DNA of 64,000 bases from Dehalococcoidia bacterium. GTDB taxonomy: Bacteria; Chloroflexota; Dehalococcoidia; Lucifugimonadales; UBA3495. The notes under the pieces were generated by a model, which saw only the letters and a list, made by a program, of their open reading frames with translations, was not told the DNA's origin and did not search any database. This document shows, piece by piece, positions 53,788-62,988 of this stretch. The DNA is taken from NCBI GenBank assembly GCA_965220055.1, contig CBDCPE010000003.1:19374-83373 (forward strand). The letters run 5' to 3'. Position numbers and translations under genes: made by a program. Position 1 is the stretch's first letter; the number at the start of each line of letters is the position of its first letter.

Positions 53788-54672
53788 ATGGAGATTGGCG
53801 TTTCGGTTCCCATTGTTGAGATTGGGGACGACTTTGGCGCGCTGCGCGACTACATCCAGGCCGCCGAGGATTTGGGGTATGCGCACGTGCGCATCCTGGA
53901 CCACGTGCTCGGCGCGGTGCCGGAGAAGCATCCGGAGGTGCCGCAATTCCCCTACACCCACGAGTCGTACATCCACGAGCCCTTCACGCTGATGGCCTAC
54001 CTGGCCGCCGTCACCAAGAAGATCGGCCTGACCACCGGCATCCTGATCCTGCCCCAGCGGCAGACCGCGTTGGTCGCCAAGCAGGCGGCGGAGGTCGACG
54101 TGCTCTCCGGCGGGCGGGTGCGGCTGGGCATAGGCGTGGGCTGGAACTCGGTGGAGTACGAGGCGCTGGGCGTGGACTTCGCCACCCGGGGCAGCCGGTG
54201 CGACGAGCAGATTGAGGTGCTCCGCCAGCTCTGGACCGAAGACGTAGTAGACTTCCACGGCAAGTACCACGACATCACCCACGCCGGCATCAACCCGCGG
54301 CCGGTGCAGCGTCCCATCCCCATCTGGATCGGCGCCGGCCGGGGCACTGCGCCCACGCCTCCCAACGCGGCCATCCGCCGCATCGGCCGACTCGCCGACG
54401 GCTATTTCCCCATGTTCTCCCCCGACTCCAACGGCCAGGCCATCCTGGGGCGAGTGCGGGCCCAGGCCGAGGCTGCCGGCCGCGATCCGTCGGAAGTGGG
54501 ATTCGAGGGCCGCATCACCATCACCTCCGACAACAACCCCGAGGACTGGCTCACCGAGCTGAAGTCGTGGGAGGAGATCGGCGCAACTCACCTGGCGGCG
54601 GGTCTGCGCGGCGCGGCCTCGCCCGATGCCCACATCGACGCCATCCGCCGGCTGAAGGAAGCCATGGGGTGA
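53788..54672 (+). CDS. LLM-class F420-dependent oxidoreductase
   Basis: Start MEIGVSVPIV with a GGAGG RBS. ..LGYAHVRILDHV.., ..AAEVDVLSGGRVRLGIGVGW. Confidence 0.85.
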   Translation: MEIGVSVPIVEIGDDFGALRDYIQAAEDLGYAHVRILDHVLGAVPEKHPEVPQFPYTHESYIHEPFTLMAYLAAVTKKIGLTTGILILPQRQTALVAKQAAEVDVLSGGRVRLGIGVGWNSVEYEALGVDFATRGSRCDEQIEVLRQLWTEDVVDFHGKYHDITHAGINPRPVQRPIPIWIGAGRGTAPTPPNAAIRRIGRLADGYFPMFSPDSNGQAILGRVRAQAEAAGRDPSEVGFEGRITITSDNNPEDWLTELKSWEEIGATHLAAGLRGAASPDAHIDAIRRLKEAMG

Positions 54673-54713
54673 GGTCACCGGATTGCAATGGCTGGGCCAT
54701 GACGGGGTAGCGG

Positions 54714-56669
54714 ATGCGCCCGGCGCGTGAAAACATGCCCCACGGAGCCCGCAGGTCGGCGAACTCCAGCCGAGACCGCCCCAGTCGGCGCGTCCCGCAC
54801 CTGAACCGGCGCATCGCCGCCACCTTCCAGCCCTACTGGCCGCGTGTCCTGGCCATCGGCCTGCTGATACTGGTCACCGCCGGCCTGGGGGTGGTAAACC
54901 CGATCCTGATCCGGGTGGTGTTCGACTCCGCCCTTTTCGTGGACGGCGGGCCCAACCTGTCGCTTCTCTGGACCCTGGCCGCCGCCATGGCCACGGTGGT
55001 CGTGGTGACGGGCAGCCTGGGGGTCCTGCAAACCTGGCTAACCCAGCAGGTCGGCCAGCGGGTGATGCGCGACCTGCGCGACCGGCTTTATTCGCACCTG
55101 CAATCGCTTTCACTGGGTTTCTTCACCTCCCAGCGCACCGGCGAGATACAGAGCCGCGTCTCCAACGATGTGGCCGGCATCCGCGTCGTGGTGACCGGCA
55201 CGGTCAGCAACATCCTGTCCAACGTGGTCATCCTGATCAGCACGCTGGTGGCCATGGCCGTGTTGTCGTGGGAGTTGACCGTGGTTGCGGCCGGCATCAC
55301 CCCCATATTTTCGGTGTTCAGCTATCTGGTGGGCAAACGAAGACGAGCGGTCTCGGCGCGGGTGCAGGAGTCCACCGCGGAGATGACTGCGATTACCCAG
55401 GAGACCCTGTCGGTGTCCGGCGTAATGCTCACCCGGCTGTTCGGAGCGCAGAACCGCGAGGTGGAGCGCTTCCACGACCAGAACGTGCGCCTCTCCGACC
55501 TGGAGATACGCCGCGAAATGACTGGTCAGGCCGTATGGGCCGGTATGCAGATCTTCTTCTCGTTGACACCGGTGGTGGTGTACGTGCTGGCCGGCTACAT
55601 CCTCTTCGGCGGTTTCGGGCAGACCGGGGTCACGCCCGGCACCATCGTCGCGTTCACCACGCTGCAGACCCGGCTGTACTTCCCCATCAGCACGCTGCTC
55701 CGCACCTCGGTGGAACTGCAATCGTCCCTGGCCCTGTTCGAGCGCATCTTTGGCTATCTGGACATACGTCCGGACATCGTCGACGCTCCGGACGCGGTGG
55801 ACATGCCAGTGGAGACAGTTAGGGGTGCCGTCGCCCTGAGGGACGTGCGGATGAACTACCATCCGGCCACCCTGCTGGCGGACGCCTACAACTTGGAGGA
55901 CGACGGGCAGGTATTCTGGGCGCTGGATGGCGTGGACCTGGACGTGAAGCCCGGCCAGTTGGCGGCCTTGGTGGGTCCCAGCGGCGCCGGCAAGACGACC
56001 ATCTCGTACCTGATACCCCGCCTGTACGATTCCACCTCCGGCATCGTCAGCATCGATGGGGTCGACGTGCGGCGCATTCGGCTGGAGAGCCTGGCACGGA
56101 TCGTCGGTTACGTGTCCCAGGAGAGCTATCTGTTCCACAACTCCATCCGCGAAAACCTGCTCTACGGCAATCCGGACGCCACGGAGCGGGAGTTGCACGA
56201 CGCCGCCAGGGCGGCCTACATCCACGACCGCATCATGCAGTTTCCCGACGGCTACGACACCGTGGTCGGCGAAAGGGGCTACCGGCTATCCGGCGGTGAG
56301 AGGCAGCGGTTGTCCATCGCTCGCGTCATCCTGCACGACCCGCGCCTGCTCATACTGGACGAGGCAACCTCGTCTTTGGATACCACCAGCGAGCGGTACG
56401 TGCAGGCCGCCCTGCAGCCGTTGATGAAAGGACGTACTACCATCGCCATCGCTCACCGCCTTTCCACCATTTTGTCGGCCGACGTCATTTTCGTCGTCGA
56501 CCGCGGCCGCATTGTGGAGCAGGGCACGCATTTCGAATTGCTGGCGCTGGGTGGGTTGTATGCCCAGTTGTACTATGAGCAGTACGAGGGCGGAACGGTC
56601 GAATACGTCAGCGAGGACGGAGTGACCGTCCTGACCGGCGGCAACCTGCGCCTGCCCGTGCCGGCGTGA
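54714..56669 (+). CDS. ABC transporter, fused permease/ATP-binding protein (exporter type)
   Basis: Six-helix TMD, then Walker A GPSGAGKTT, signature LSGGERQR, Walker B LLILDEATS. The true start may be further downstream. Confidence 0.9.
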   Translation: MRPARENMPHGARRSANSSRDRPSRRVPHLNRRIAATFQPYWPRVLAIGLLILVTAGLGVVNPILIRVVFDSALFVDGGPNLSLLWTLAAAMATVVVVTGSLGVLQTWLTQQVGQRVMRDLRDRLYSHLQSLSLGFFTSQRTGEIQSRVSNDVAGIRVVVTGTVSNILSNVVILISTLVAMAVLSWELTVVAAGITPIFSVFSYLVGKRRRAVSARVQESTAEMTAITQETLSVSGVMLTRLFGAQNREVERFHDQNVRLSDLEIRREMTGQAVWAGMQIFFSLTPVVVYVLAGYILFGGFGQTGVTPGTIVAFTTLQTRLYFPISTLLRTSVELQSSLALFERIFGYLDIRPDIVDAPDAVDMPVETVRGAVALRDVRMNYHPATLLADAYNLEDDGQVFWALDGVDLDVKPGQLAALVGPSGAGKTTISYLIPRLYDSTSGIVSIDGVDVRRIRLESLARIVGYVSQESYLFHNSIRENLLYGNPDATERELHDAARAAYIHDRIMQFPDGYDTVVGERGYRLSGGERQRLSIARVILHDPRLLILDEATSSLDTTSERYVQAALQPLMKGRTTIAIAHRLSTILSADVIFVVDRGRIVEQGTHFELLALGGLYAQLYYEQYEGGTVEYVSEDGVTVLTGGNLRLPVPA

Positions 56670-56695
56670 ACAAAGAACTACACCAGGAGAATGTA

Positions 56696-57631
56696 ATGAG
56701 TCAGCAAGGCAATGGCGCCAGGGTCCGGCTGCGGGTGGCTTTCCGCAACATGTTCTACACGACGATATACGTCGCCGTCGAGGGCGGGTTTCTGGCCGAA
56801 CAGGGCTTGGATGTGGACTTCGCCCACGTCCCTGCCGGTCAAACCAGCACCGACCTGCTCAAGGCCGGCGACATCGACATCACCCAGAGCGGCATCAGCC
56901 GCAGCTTCATGGACCTTGATGCCGGCAGCGCGGACCCGCCGATCCACATCGCCGAGATCAACCAGCGGGACGGGTTTTTCCTCCTCTCCAAACGCCCCAC
57001 CGATGACTGGCGCTGGGCCGACCTCGCCGGCTCGACGCTCATTCCCGTCGGTTTCACGCCGGTGCCGTACACCACCCTGCAGGCGGCCATGCGGTGGCAC
57101 GGCGTTGACCCCGCCAGCGTGAACCTGATGGGCGGCCTTTCCGCCGAGGAGATGCTGGGCCGGTTCCGCAGCGGCGACGCCGACTACCTGCAGGTTCCCA
57201 ATCCCTTCGCCGTGCAGCTGGTTAGCGAAGGCTCCGGCCACATCGCGGCGACCCTGGGCAACGAGAGCGGTTACGTCTGCTACAGCAGCTTCGCGGTAAC
57301 GCCGGAGTATCTGGCGGGCAATGCCGAGACCGTGCAGCATTTCGTGGACGGCTACGCCCGCGCCCAGCGTTGGGTCGCGGAGAGCCCCGCGGAAGCTGTC
57401 GCTGACCGGATCGCCCCCGTGTTCCCGGAATACGACCGCGGCGTGCTCGCCGAGGGCGTCCAGCGGTACAAGGACGCCGGCGTGTGGGCCACCGACCCGA
57501 CAATCACCCGTCATGGATTCGACCGAATGCGGGACGCGCTCATATCGGGTGGGCTGGTGCGCGAGCCGCACCCGTATGAGAGCATCGTGCGGCCGGAGTT
57601 TGCGGCGCGCACGGTGTCGGAATTGGCGTGA
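56696..57631 (+). CDS. NMT1/THI5-like (SsuA-type) substrate-binding domain protein
   Basis: Periplasmic-binding-fold pattern, but I see no obvious signal peptide. AGGAG RBS before MSQQGNG. Confidence 0.65.
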   Translation: MSQQGNGARVRLRVAFRNMFYTTIYVAVEGGFLAEQGLDVDFAHVPAGQTSTDLLKAGDIDITQSGISRSFMDLDAGSADPPIHIAEINQRDGFFLLSKRPTDDWRWADLAGSTLIPVGFTPVPYTTLQAAMRWHGVDPASVNLMGGLSAEEMLGRFRSGDADYLQVPNPFAVQLVSEGSGHIAATLGNESGYVCYSSFAVTPEYLAGNAETVQHFVDGYARAQRWVAESPAEAVADRIAPVFPEYDRGVLAEGVQRYKDAGVWATDPTITRHGFDRMRDALISGGLVREPHPYESIVRPEFAARTVSELA

Positions 57632-57699
57632 TTTACCCTACCATCGTATGATGCATTGACCTGAACATCTCGATTCGGTGAAAGCGCCAGAGGTCAGAG

Positions 57700-57918
57700 A
57701 TGAATGCTACACGGATCGGCATTCTCTTTTTTGGGTTGGTAGCCATCCTGCTCTTGGGTACATGGGGTTGGACCGAGTTGGCCAACGCGGTGTACATAGC
57801 CAAAGCCAACGACGTCATAGTGGCTTTGACGGTGTACGGGGTGGCGGGCTTGGTCTTTGCGGTCGTAGCCGGATACACATACTTGGTGCTTTGGTTCCGC
57901 GACCATGACCCGGGCTGA
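57700..57918 (+). CDS. Small membrane protein (72 aa, 2 TM)
   Basis: Two hydrophobic helices in a lower-GC region. Confidence 0.45.
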   Translation: MNATRIGILFFGLVAILLLGTWGWTELANAVYIAKANDVIVALTVYGVAGLVFAVVAGYTYLVLWFRDHDPG

Positions 57919-58258
57919 AGCAGCGCGGTTCAAGCGGTCGTATGACCGTAATGTTGGTTGGTGCCGTTTCTGGGTGGGCGTCAGCTTAGCGATTGCCACG
58001 CTAACGTTCACTTTCGCCGTAGGCCGTGTGTTCGCACCGCCGCTCGGACCTATCGCCACCACTGCTAACGAACCAGCGAACATGGAGAATATTGGTCAGG
58101 ACGACCTAATCAGTTTCGTTAGCATCGCTGTTGTATTTTCACTAATTCTTCTGTCTGCCGTTTGTGCAGTGTTCTCAGCACGGTTCTGGACACTATACCG
58201 ACGTAACGATGAGGCGTTAGTTGCAATGGAGCGCACACGTCAGGAGGTAACACCATGA
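57905..58258 (+). CDS. Membrane protein (117 aa, 2 TM)
   Basis: Two hydrophobic helices. Its stop overlaps the SDR gene ATG (ATGA). Confidence 0.5.
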   Translation: MTRAEAARFKRSYDRNVGWCRFWVGVSLAIATLTFTFAVGRVFAPPLGPIATTANEPANMENIGQDDLISFVSIAVVFSLILLSAVCAVFSARFWTLYRRNDEALVAMERTRQEVTP

Positions 58259-59007
58259 GGCTGGAAGGCAAGGTTGCAATCATCACCGGCGGCGCGCGGG
58301 GGCAGGGGGCCACCGAGGCCAGGATGTTCGCCCAGGAAGGCGCCAGCGTGGTCATCGGCGACGTGCGGGATGAACTGGGGATGCAGGTGGAGGCCGAGAT
58401 ACGGGAGTTGGGTGGAGAGGCGGTCTACCTGCACCTCGACGTCACCAGCAACGACGACTGGCAACGGGCCATCGACACCGCCGAGCAGCAGTTCGGCAAG
58501 GTCGACGTCCTGGTCAACAACGCCGCCATCGTTCTGCGCAAGGACATCGAGGAAACCACCTCCGAAGACTGGGACAACATCATGGACATCAACGCCAAGG
58601 GTGTGTTCCTGGGGACCAGGGCGGTGATACCGGCCATGCGTCGGGCCGGCGGAGGCAGCATCGTCAACATCTCCTCCATCAGCGGCCTGGTGTCCATCGG
58701 CCCGCCGGCCTACATCGCCACCAAGGGTGCGGTACGCCTGTTCACGAAGTCCACGGCCATCCAGTACGCTTCTGAAAACATCCGCGCCAACTCCATACAC
58801 CCGGGCAGCGTGGACACCGACATGCGCCGGGAGGGCCTGGGTAGCCAGACGCCCGACGAGATACAGGCGCGCGTCGATAACATCCCGTTGGGCCGCGTAG
58901 GCACCACCGAGGACATTGCCTACGGAGTCCTCTTCCTCGCTTCGGACGAATCTTCCTTCATGACAGGCAGCGAAGTCGTCATCGACGGCGGCTACACCGC
59001 CAAGTGA
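58255..59007 (+). CDS. SDR family oxidoreductase
   Basis: TGGARGQG cofactor motif, NNAA, and catalytic S...YxxxK (YIATK). Confidence 0.9.
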   Translation: MRLEGKVAIITGGARGQGATEARMFAQEGASVVIGDVRDELGMQVEAEIRELGGEAVYLHLDVTSNDDWQRAIDTAEQQFGKVDVLVNNAAIVLRKDIEETTSEDWDNIMDINAKGVFLGTRAVIPAMRRAGGGSIVNISSISGLVSIGPPAYIATKGAVRLFTKSTAIQYASENIRANSIHPGSVDTDMRREGLGSQTPDEIQARVDNIPLGRVGTTEDIAYGVLFLASDESSFMTGSEVVIDGGYTAK

Positions 59008-59017
59008 GATTGCACAG

Positions 59018-60115
59018 ATGACCACCTTGCCTCAGCAGTCCCTGGCGGCGGTGACCACCGCCCCCAACGTGATGGAACTGCGACGCCTGGAAATCCCCGA
59101 AATCCGCGACGACGAAGCCATCGTGCGCATTGAAGCCACCGGCATCTGCGGCACCGATTACGAATGGATCCGTGGCGACCTGGACATTCCGTATCCCATC
59201 ATCCTGGGACATGAGCCCTTGGGTCGCATTGCCTCCATCGGGCCTGCCGCCGCCGAGCGGTGGGGTGTATCCGTGGGAGACCGCGTGGCGGTGCGCTCCG
59301 GCTACCGGTGCGGCAGGTGTGCCGCCTGCACGGCCGGCGGGACCGACCCGTGCCCCACGGGCGGCGGGTTTGGACAGACTGGATTGGACAAGGCTCCCGG
59401 CCTCTGGGGTGGTTACTCGGAATACCTGTATCTGCCAGCCGGATCGGTGGTCTTCCCCATGGATGGCGATCTGGACCCCGCGGTGGCGGTCATGTTCAAC
59501 CCCCTGGGCGCCGGTTTCGCCTGGGGCGTGGACGCGACGGGACTACAACCGGGCCAGACGCTGGCCGTGCTGGGTTCCGGCCAGCGTGGCATTTGCTGTG
59601 CAATCGCGGCCAAGGAATCGGGCGCCGGTATAGTCGCCATCACCGGCCTGGGCCGGGACGAGCATAAGCTGGCAATGGCCCGCGACATGGGCGCCGACAT
59701 TGCCATCAACGTGGACGGCGAGGACCCGGTGGAGCGGGTGATGGCAGCCACCGGCGGCGCCGGCGTGGACTGCGTGGTAGACACCACGCCCTATGCCGTG
59801 CAGGCAGTCAATCAGGCGGTCCAGATGGTCAAGCCGGGCGGCACGGTGGTGCTGGCTGGGTTGAAGGGGCGACGGGCGTTTGAAGGTCTGTCGCCGGACG
59901 ATATCATCTGGAAGAAGGTCACCCTCCGCGGGGTGTTGGGCGTGGAGTATTCCGCGTTCCGGCGCGCCGTGGACACCATCCACTCGGGCAAGTACCCCAT
60001 GGAACGCCTGCACACCCACAGCTTCCCCATCGAGCAGGCCGAACAGGCCCTGGCCACGCTCAGCGGCGAGGCCGGCGTGCCCAGCATCCACGTGGCCATC
60101 GTGCCTGACGCGTAA
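59018..60115 (+). CDS. Zn-dependent MDR dehydrogenase
   Basis: GICGTDYE, GHEPLG, a CGRCAAC structural-zinc motif, and a GSGQRG nucleotide-binding motif. Confidence 0.85.
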   Translation: MTTLPQQSLAAVTTAPNVMELRRLEIPEIRDDEAIVRIEATGICGTDYEWIRGDLDIPYPIILGHEPLGRIASIGPAAAERWGVSVGDRVAVRSGYRCGRCAACTAGGTDPCPTGGGFGQTGLDKAPGLWGGYSEYLYLPAGSVVFPMDGDLDPAVAVMFNPLGAGFAWGVDATGLQPGQTLAVLGSGQRGICCAIAAKESGAGIVAITGLGRDEHKLAMARDMGADIAINVDGEDPVERVMAATGGAGVDCVVDTTPYAVQAVNQAVQMVKPGGTVVLAGLKGRRAFEGLSPDDIIWKKVTLRGVLGVEYSAFRRAVDTIHSGKYPMERLHTHSFPIEQAEQALATLSGEAGVPSIHVAIVPDA

Positions 60116-60129
60116 CAAAGGAGTCGCAA

Positions 60130-61725
60130 ATGGCCGCCTATCACGCCGACACCGTTATCCGCCGCGCCAACGTCATCACCATTGACCCGAACCAACCAAG
60201 GGCCACCGCAGTTGCCATGCGCGACGGCCGGTTCATCGGTGTGGGCAGCGACTCCGATCTGGAAACGCTCACCGGGCCGAATACCAGGATCGTTGAGCTG
60301 CCCGGCAAGACGGTTTTGCCCGGCTTCATCGACGCCCACATCCACGTGCTCAGCAGCGGCACCCGCCACGTCATGGCCGCCGACTGCTCGCTGCCTACCA
60401 TCGGCGACATTCAGGAGGCGCTGCGGGAACGCGTGGCCGCGACGCCGGCCGGCCAGTGGGTGCAGGGTTTCAAGTTCGACGACACCAAGACCGCGGAAAA
60501 CCGCTTCCTGCGCCGGGAAGACCTGGACGCCGTCAGCATCGACCATCCCATTCTCGTGGCCCACCGCGCCGGTCACGTGTACTACGGCAACACCCTGGCG
60601 CTGGAGCAAGCCGGCTTCAACGACGAGAGCTTGGACCCACCGGGCGGACGCCTGGGTCGCAACCCCGACACTGGCCGTTTGGACGGCGTGATTTACGAGC
60701 GCGCCGCCGATGACCTGCGGGAAAACCAGCTCCCCGTCGAGTCGGCCGAGACGCGGCGGGAAGGACTGCGCGTAATCTGCGAGATGCTGAACCGTGCCGG
60801 GCTGACCAGCGTGCACGACGCCCGTGTCACCGACTACGAGCTGCAGACCTACCAGGAAGGCAGGGACGCCGGCGATCTGACACTGCGGGTGTACGCCCTG
60901 ATGTGGAACCGCTACTTCCCCGCGCTGCGCGACGCCGGTATACGCTCCGGCATGGGCGATGACCGGCTCCGCATTGGCGGTATCAAGATGGTCGCCGACG
61001 GGGCCATAGCCTCGCGAACGGCATACCTGTCCGAGCCCTACGTGGGCAGTTGCTGCGACCACGGTATCCTCACCATGACCGGCGACGAGATCGCCGGCCA
61101 CGTCATGGAGATGCACGCCGCCGGCTTCCAGGTGTGCATTCACGCCAACGGCGATTCCACCATCGACCTGGTGCTCCAGGCCTACGAGGCCGCCCAGAAG
61201 GCGCACCCGCGTCCCGACCCGCGCCACCGCATCGAACACTGCACGCTGGTCAACCCTGACCTGCTCCACCGCATGCACAACTTGGGCGCGGTGGCGACGC
61301 CTTTCTGCACCTACGTGTACTACCACGGCGAGAAGATGCAGTTCTACGGCGAGGAACGGCTGCAGTGGATGTTTGCCCAGCGCTCGTTCATGGACTACAA
61401 CGTCATGTCCACCGGGGCCACCGACTACCCGCCCGGTCCGTTCGAGCCGCTGATGGGCATCCAGAGCTGCGTCACCCGCACCGACAGCGATGGCCGCGAA
61501 TGGGGCACGAACCAGCGCATTTCCGTGGAGGACGCCCTGCGCATCTATACCCTAAACGGAGCCTACGCCGGCTTCGAGGAAAACCTCAAGGGCAGCATCG
61601 AGGTGGGCAAGCTGGCTGACCTCGTGGTGCTCGGCGAGGACCCTACCGCCATCGACCCCTTCGGCATCAAGGACATCACGGTGGAGCGCACTATCGTGGG
61701 CGGTAAGGCGGTTTACGAGGGCTGA
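60130..61725 (+). CDS. Amidohydrolase family (Amidohydro_3-type metal-dependent hydrolase)
   Basis: ..LPGFIDAHIHV.., ..VCIHANGD.., ..RIEHC.. are metal-ligand motifs. Confidence 0.85.
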   Translation: MAAYHADTVIRRANVITIDPNQPRATAVAMRDGRFIGVGSDSDLETLTGPNTRIVELPGKTVLPGFIDAHIHVLSSGTRHVMAADCSLPTIGDIQEALRERVAATPAGQWVQGFKFDDTKTAENRFLRREDLDAVSIDHPILVAHRAGHVYYGNTLALEQAGFNDESLDPPGGRLGRNPDTGRLDGVIYERAADDLRENQLPVESAETRREGLRVICEMLNRAGLTSVHDARVTDYELQTYQEGRDAGDLTLRVYALMWNRYFPALRDAGIRSGMGDDRLRIGGIKMVADGAIASRTAYLSEPYVGSCCDHGILTMTGDEIAGHVMEMHAAGFQVCIHANGDSTIDLVLQAYEAAQKAHPRPDPRHRIEHCTLVNPDLLHRMHNLGAVATPFCTYVYYHGEKMQFYGEERLQWMFAQRSFMDYNVMSTGATDYPPGPFEPLMGIQSCVTRTDSDGREWGTNQRISVEDALRIYTLNGAYAGFEENLKGSIEVGKLADLVVLGEDPTAIDPFGIKDITVERTIVGGKAVYEG

Positions 61726-61819
61726 AGAAATTGCTTCGGTGTTGTTGCGGACTCGTCGAGTACAATATTTTCCAACCAAGGTGTGACCATCAACGTGTCC
61801 GCACGATGGCTGAGGCGGC

Positions 61820-62008
61820 ATGGATAGAGAAATAGCGGAAATCGTTATCCCAATTGGGGTACCAGATGTGCACGGTGATATTTCCGCCAGGACATTTTTC
61901 GAAGACGATGGCAACGATTTTTCCTTGGCAGGCCCGACAGTCCAAGCCGTCAGACTCAACATGACGAGAGGACAGCTCCTTTGGGCAAAATCGTCACTCG
62001 CACCGTGA
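61820..62008 (+). CDS. Hypothetical small ORF, possibly the 5' part of a frameshifted ~110-aa gene continuing to 62151
   Basis: A second frame from about 61981/62005 encodes ..VTINQADGREFGVIRLEIYWGDLETHAYGYVCSFPEDQRPFELANEVN*. The junction is near an A4 run. Confidence 0.3.
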   Translation: MDREIAEIVIPIGVPDVHGDISARTFFEDDGNDFSLAGPTVQAVRLNMTRGQLLWAKSSLAP

Positions 62009-62277
62009 CCATCAATCAAGCAGATGGGCGGGAATTCGGGGTCATACGCCTCGAAATATATTGGGGAGATCTTGAAACGCACGCCTACGGCTATGTGTGC
62101 TCATTTCCTGAAGATCAGCGCCCTTTTGAACTCGCGAACGAAGTCAACTAGATTGCGGTCGATCGAGCGAATTTCGACCCTCCTGAACTCGATCAATTTC
62201 TGCACGATACGCAAGCAATATTCCCTGAACGATCGCTAGAGTTTGTCGGACGGAAAGCTGTTGAAGCCGAACCCGTA

Positions 62278-62721
62278 TTGTGGCTTTCAGCGTCGCTGGC
62301 AGTACTACTGTTTGCAAAGAAAATCCCATTAGTAGGGGCTGCCATAACCGCTGCCGAGGAAGCGATCATCGAAGAACTGAGGGTCAAAGAGTTGGTACGA
62401 GCTTTCGGGAGTCGGGTCCGCAAGAAAGACGCATCAGTTCAAGCGACTTTTCGGGAAAACGGCGTGCAAGTTGTGCTGATAACCAGCATTGATGACATGA
62501 TTGAAGCCATTGACGAGGGTGGCGATTTTCTTTTACGTCACACCGCTATGATGAGCGATGCGGCTTCCGTTCAATTTACTCGACTGAACGGGGAATGGGC
62601 GTTTCAGTGCGCTGTGCTGAAGTCTGGAAATGTGTTGATGTCCGCAGAATGTTGTCGTCGAACGCTGATTGAGCTGACGAACGCCGGAAAAATATCTACC
62701 CAGAGCAATTTCAACATTTGA
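62278..62721 (+). CDS. Hypothetical protein (147 aa) with an N-terminal hydrophobic segment
   Basis: ORF in a lower-GC islet with a non-ATG start. Confidence 0.4.
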   Translation: MWLSASLAVLLFAKKIPLVGAAITAAEEAIIEELRVKELVRAFGSRVRKKDASVQATFRENGVQVVLITSIDDMIEAIDEGGDFLLRHTAMMSDAASVQFTRLNGEWAFQCAVLKSGNVLMSAECCRRTLIELTNAGKISTQSNFNI

Positions 62722-62909
62722 GCGTCGTAACCGACTTTCCTGCAGACCAGGCGAGTGGCCATGCCGATGCCCGGTTCGTCGCGCCGAATGGGAACGCTAT
62801 TCTCAATCGCAAGGTATTTATCGAGAAAACCGGCAGTTCATATTCGATGTTTGATGAGAATGGCGACACAATCGGGGAGATCGGGGTGTCACCTCAGGAT
62901 CGGCAATAG
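62718..62909 (+). CDS. Hypothetical small protein (63 aa)
   Basis: ORF only; non-ATG start overlapping the upstream stop. Confidence 0.3.
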   Translation: MSVVTDFPADQASGHADARFVAPNGNAILNRKVFIEKTGSSYSMFDENGDTIGEIGVSPQDRQ

Positions 62910-62988
62910 TTCTGTGTGCCGATGGACAGGGGTATTCGCGTGGCGTCTGTGCCAACGATCGTAAGTGCAACGATTCTGTGGTGACTGG

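Noticed and set aside
61552-62082. 176-aa minus-strand ORF.
   Set aside because: It overlaps the 3' end of the amidohydrolase gene in antisense and has no motif or RBS.
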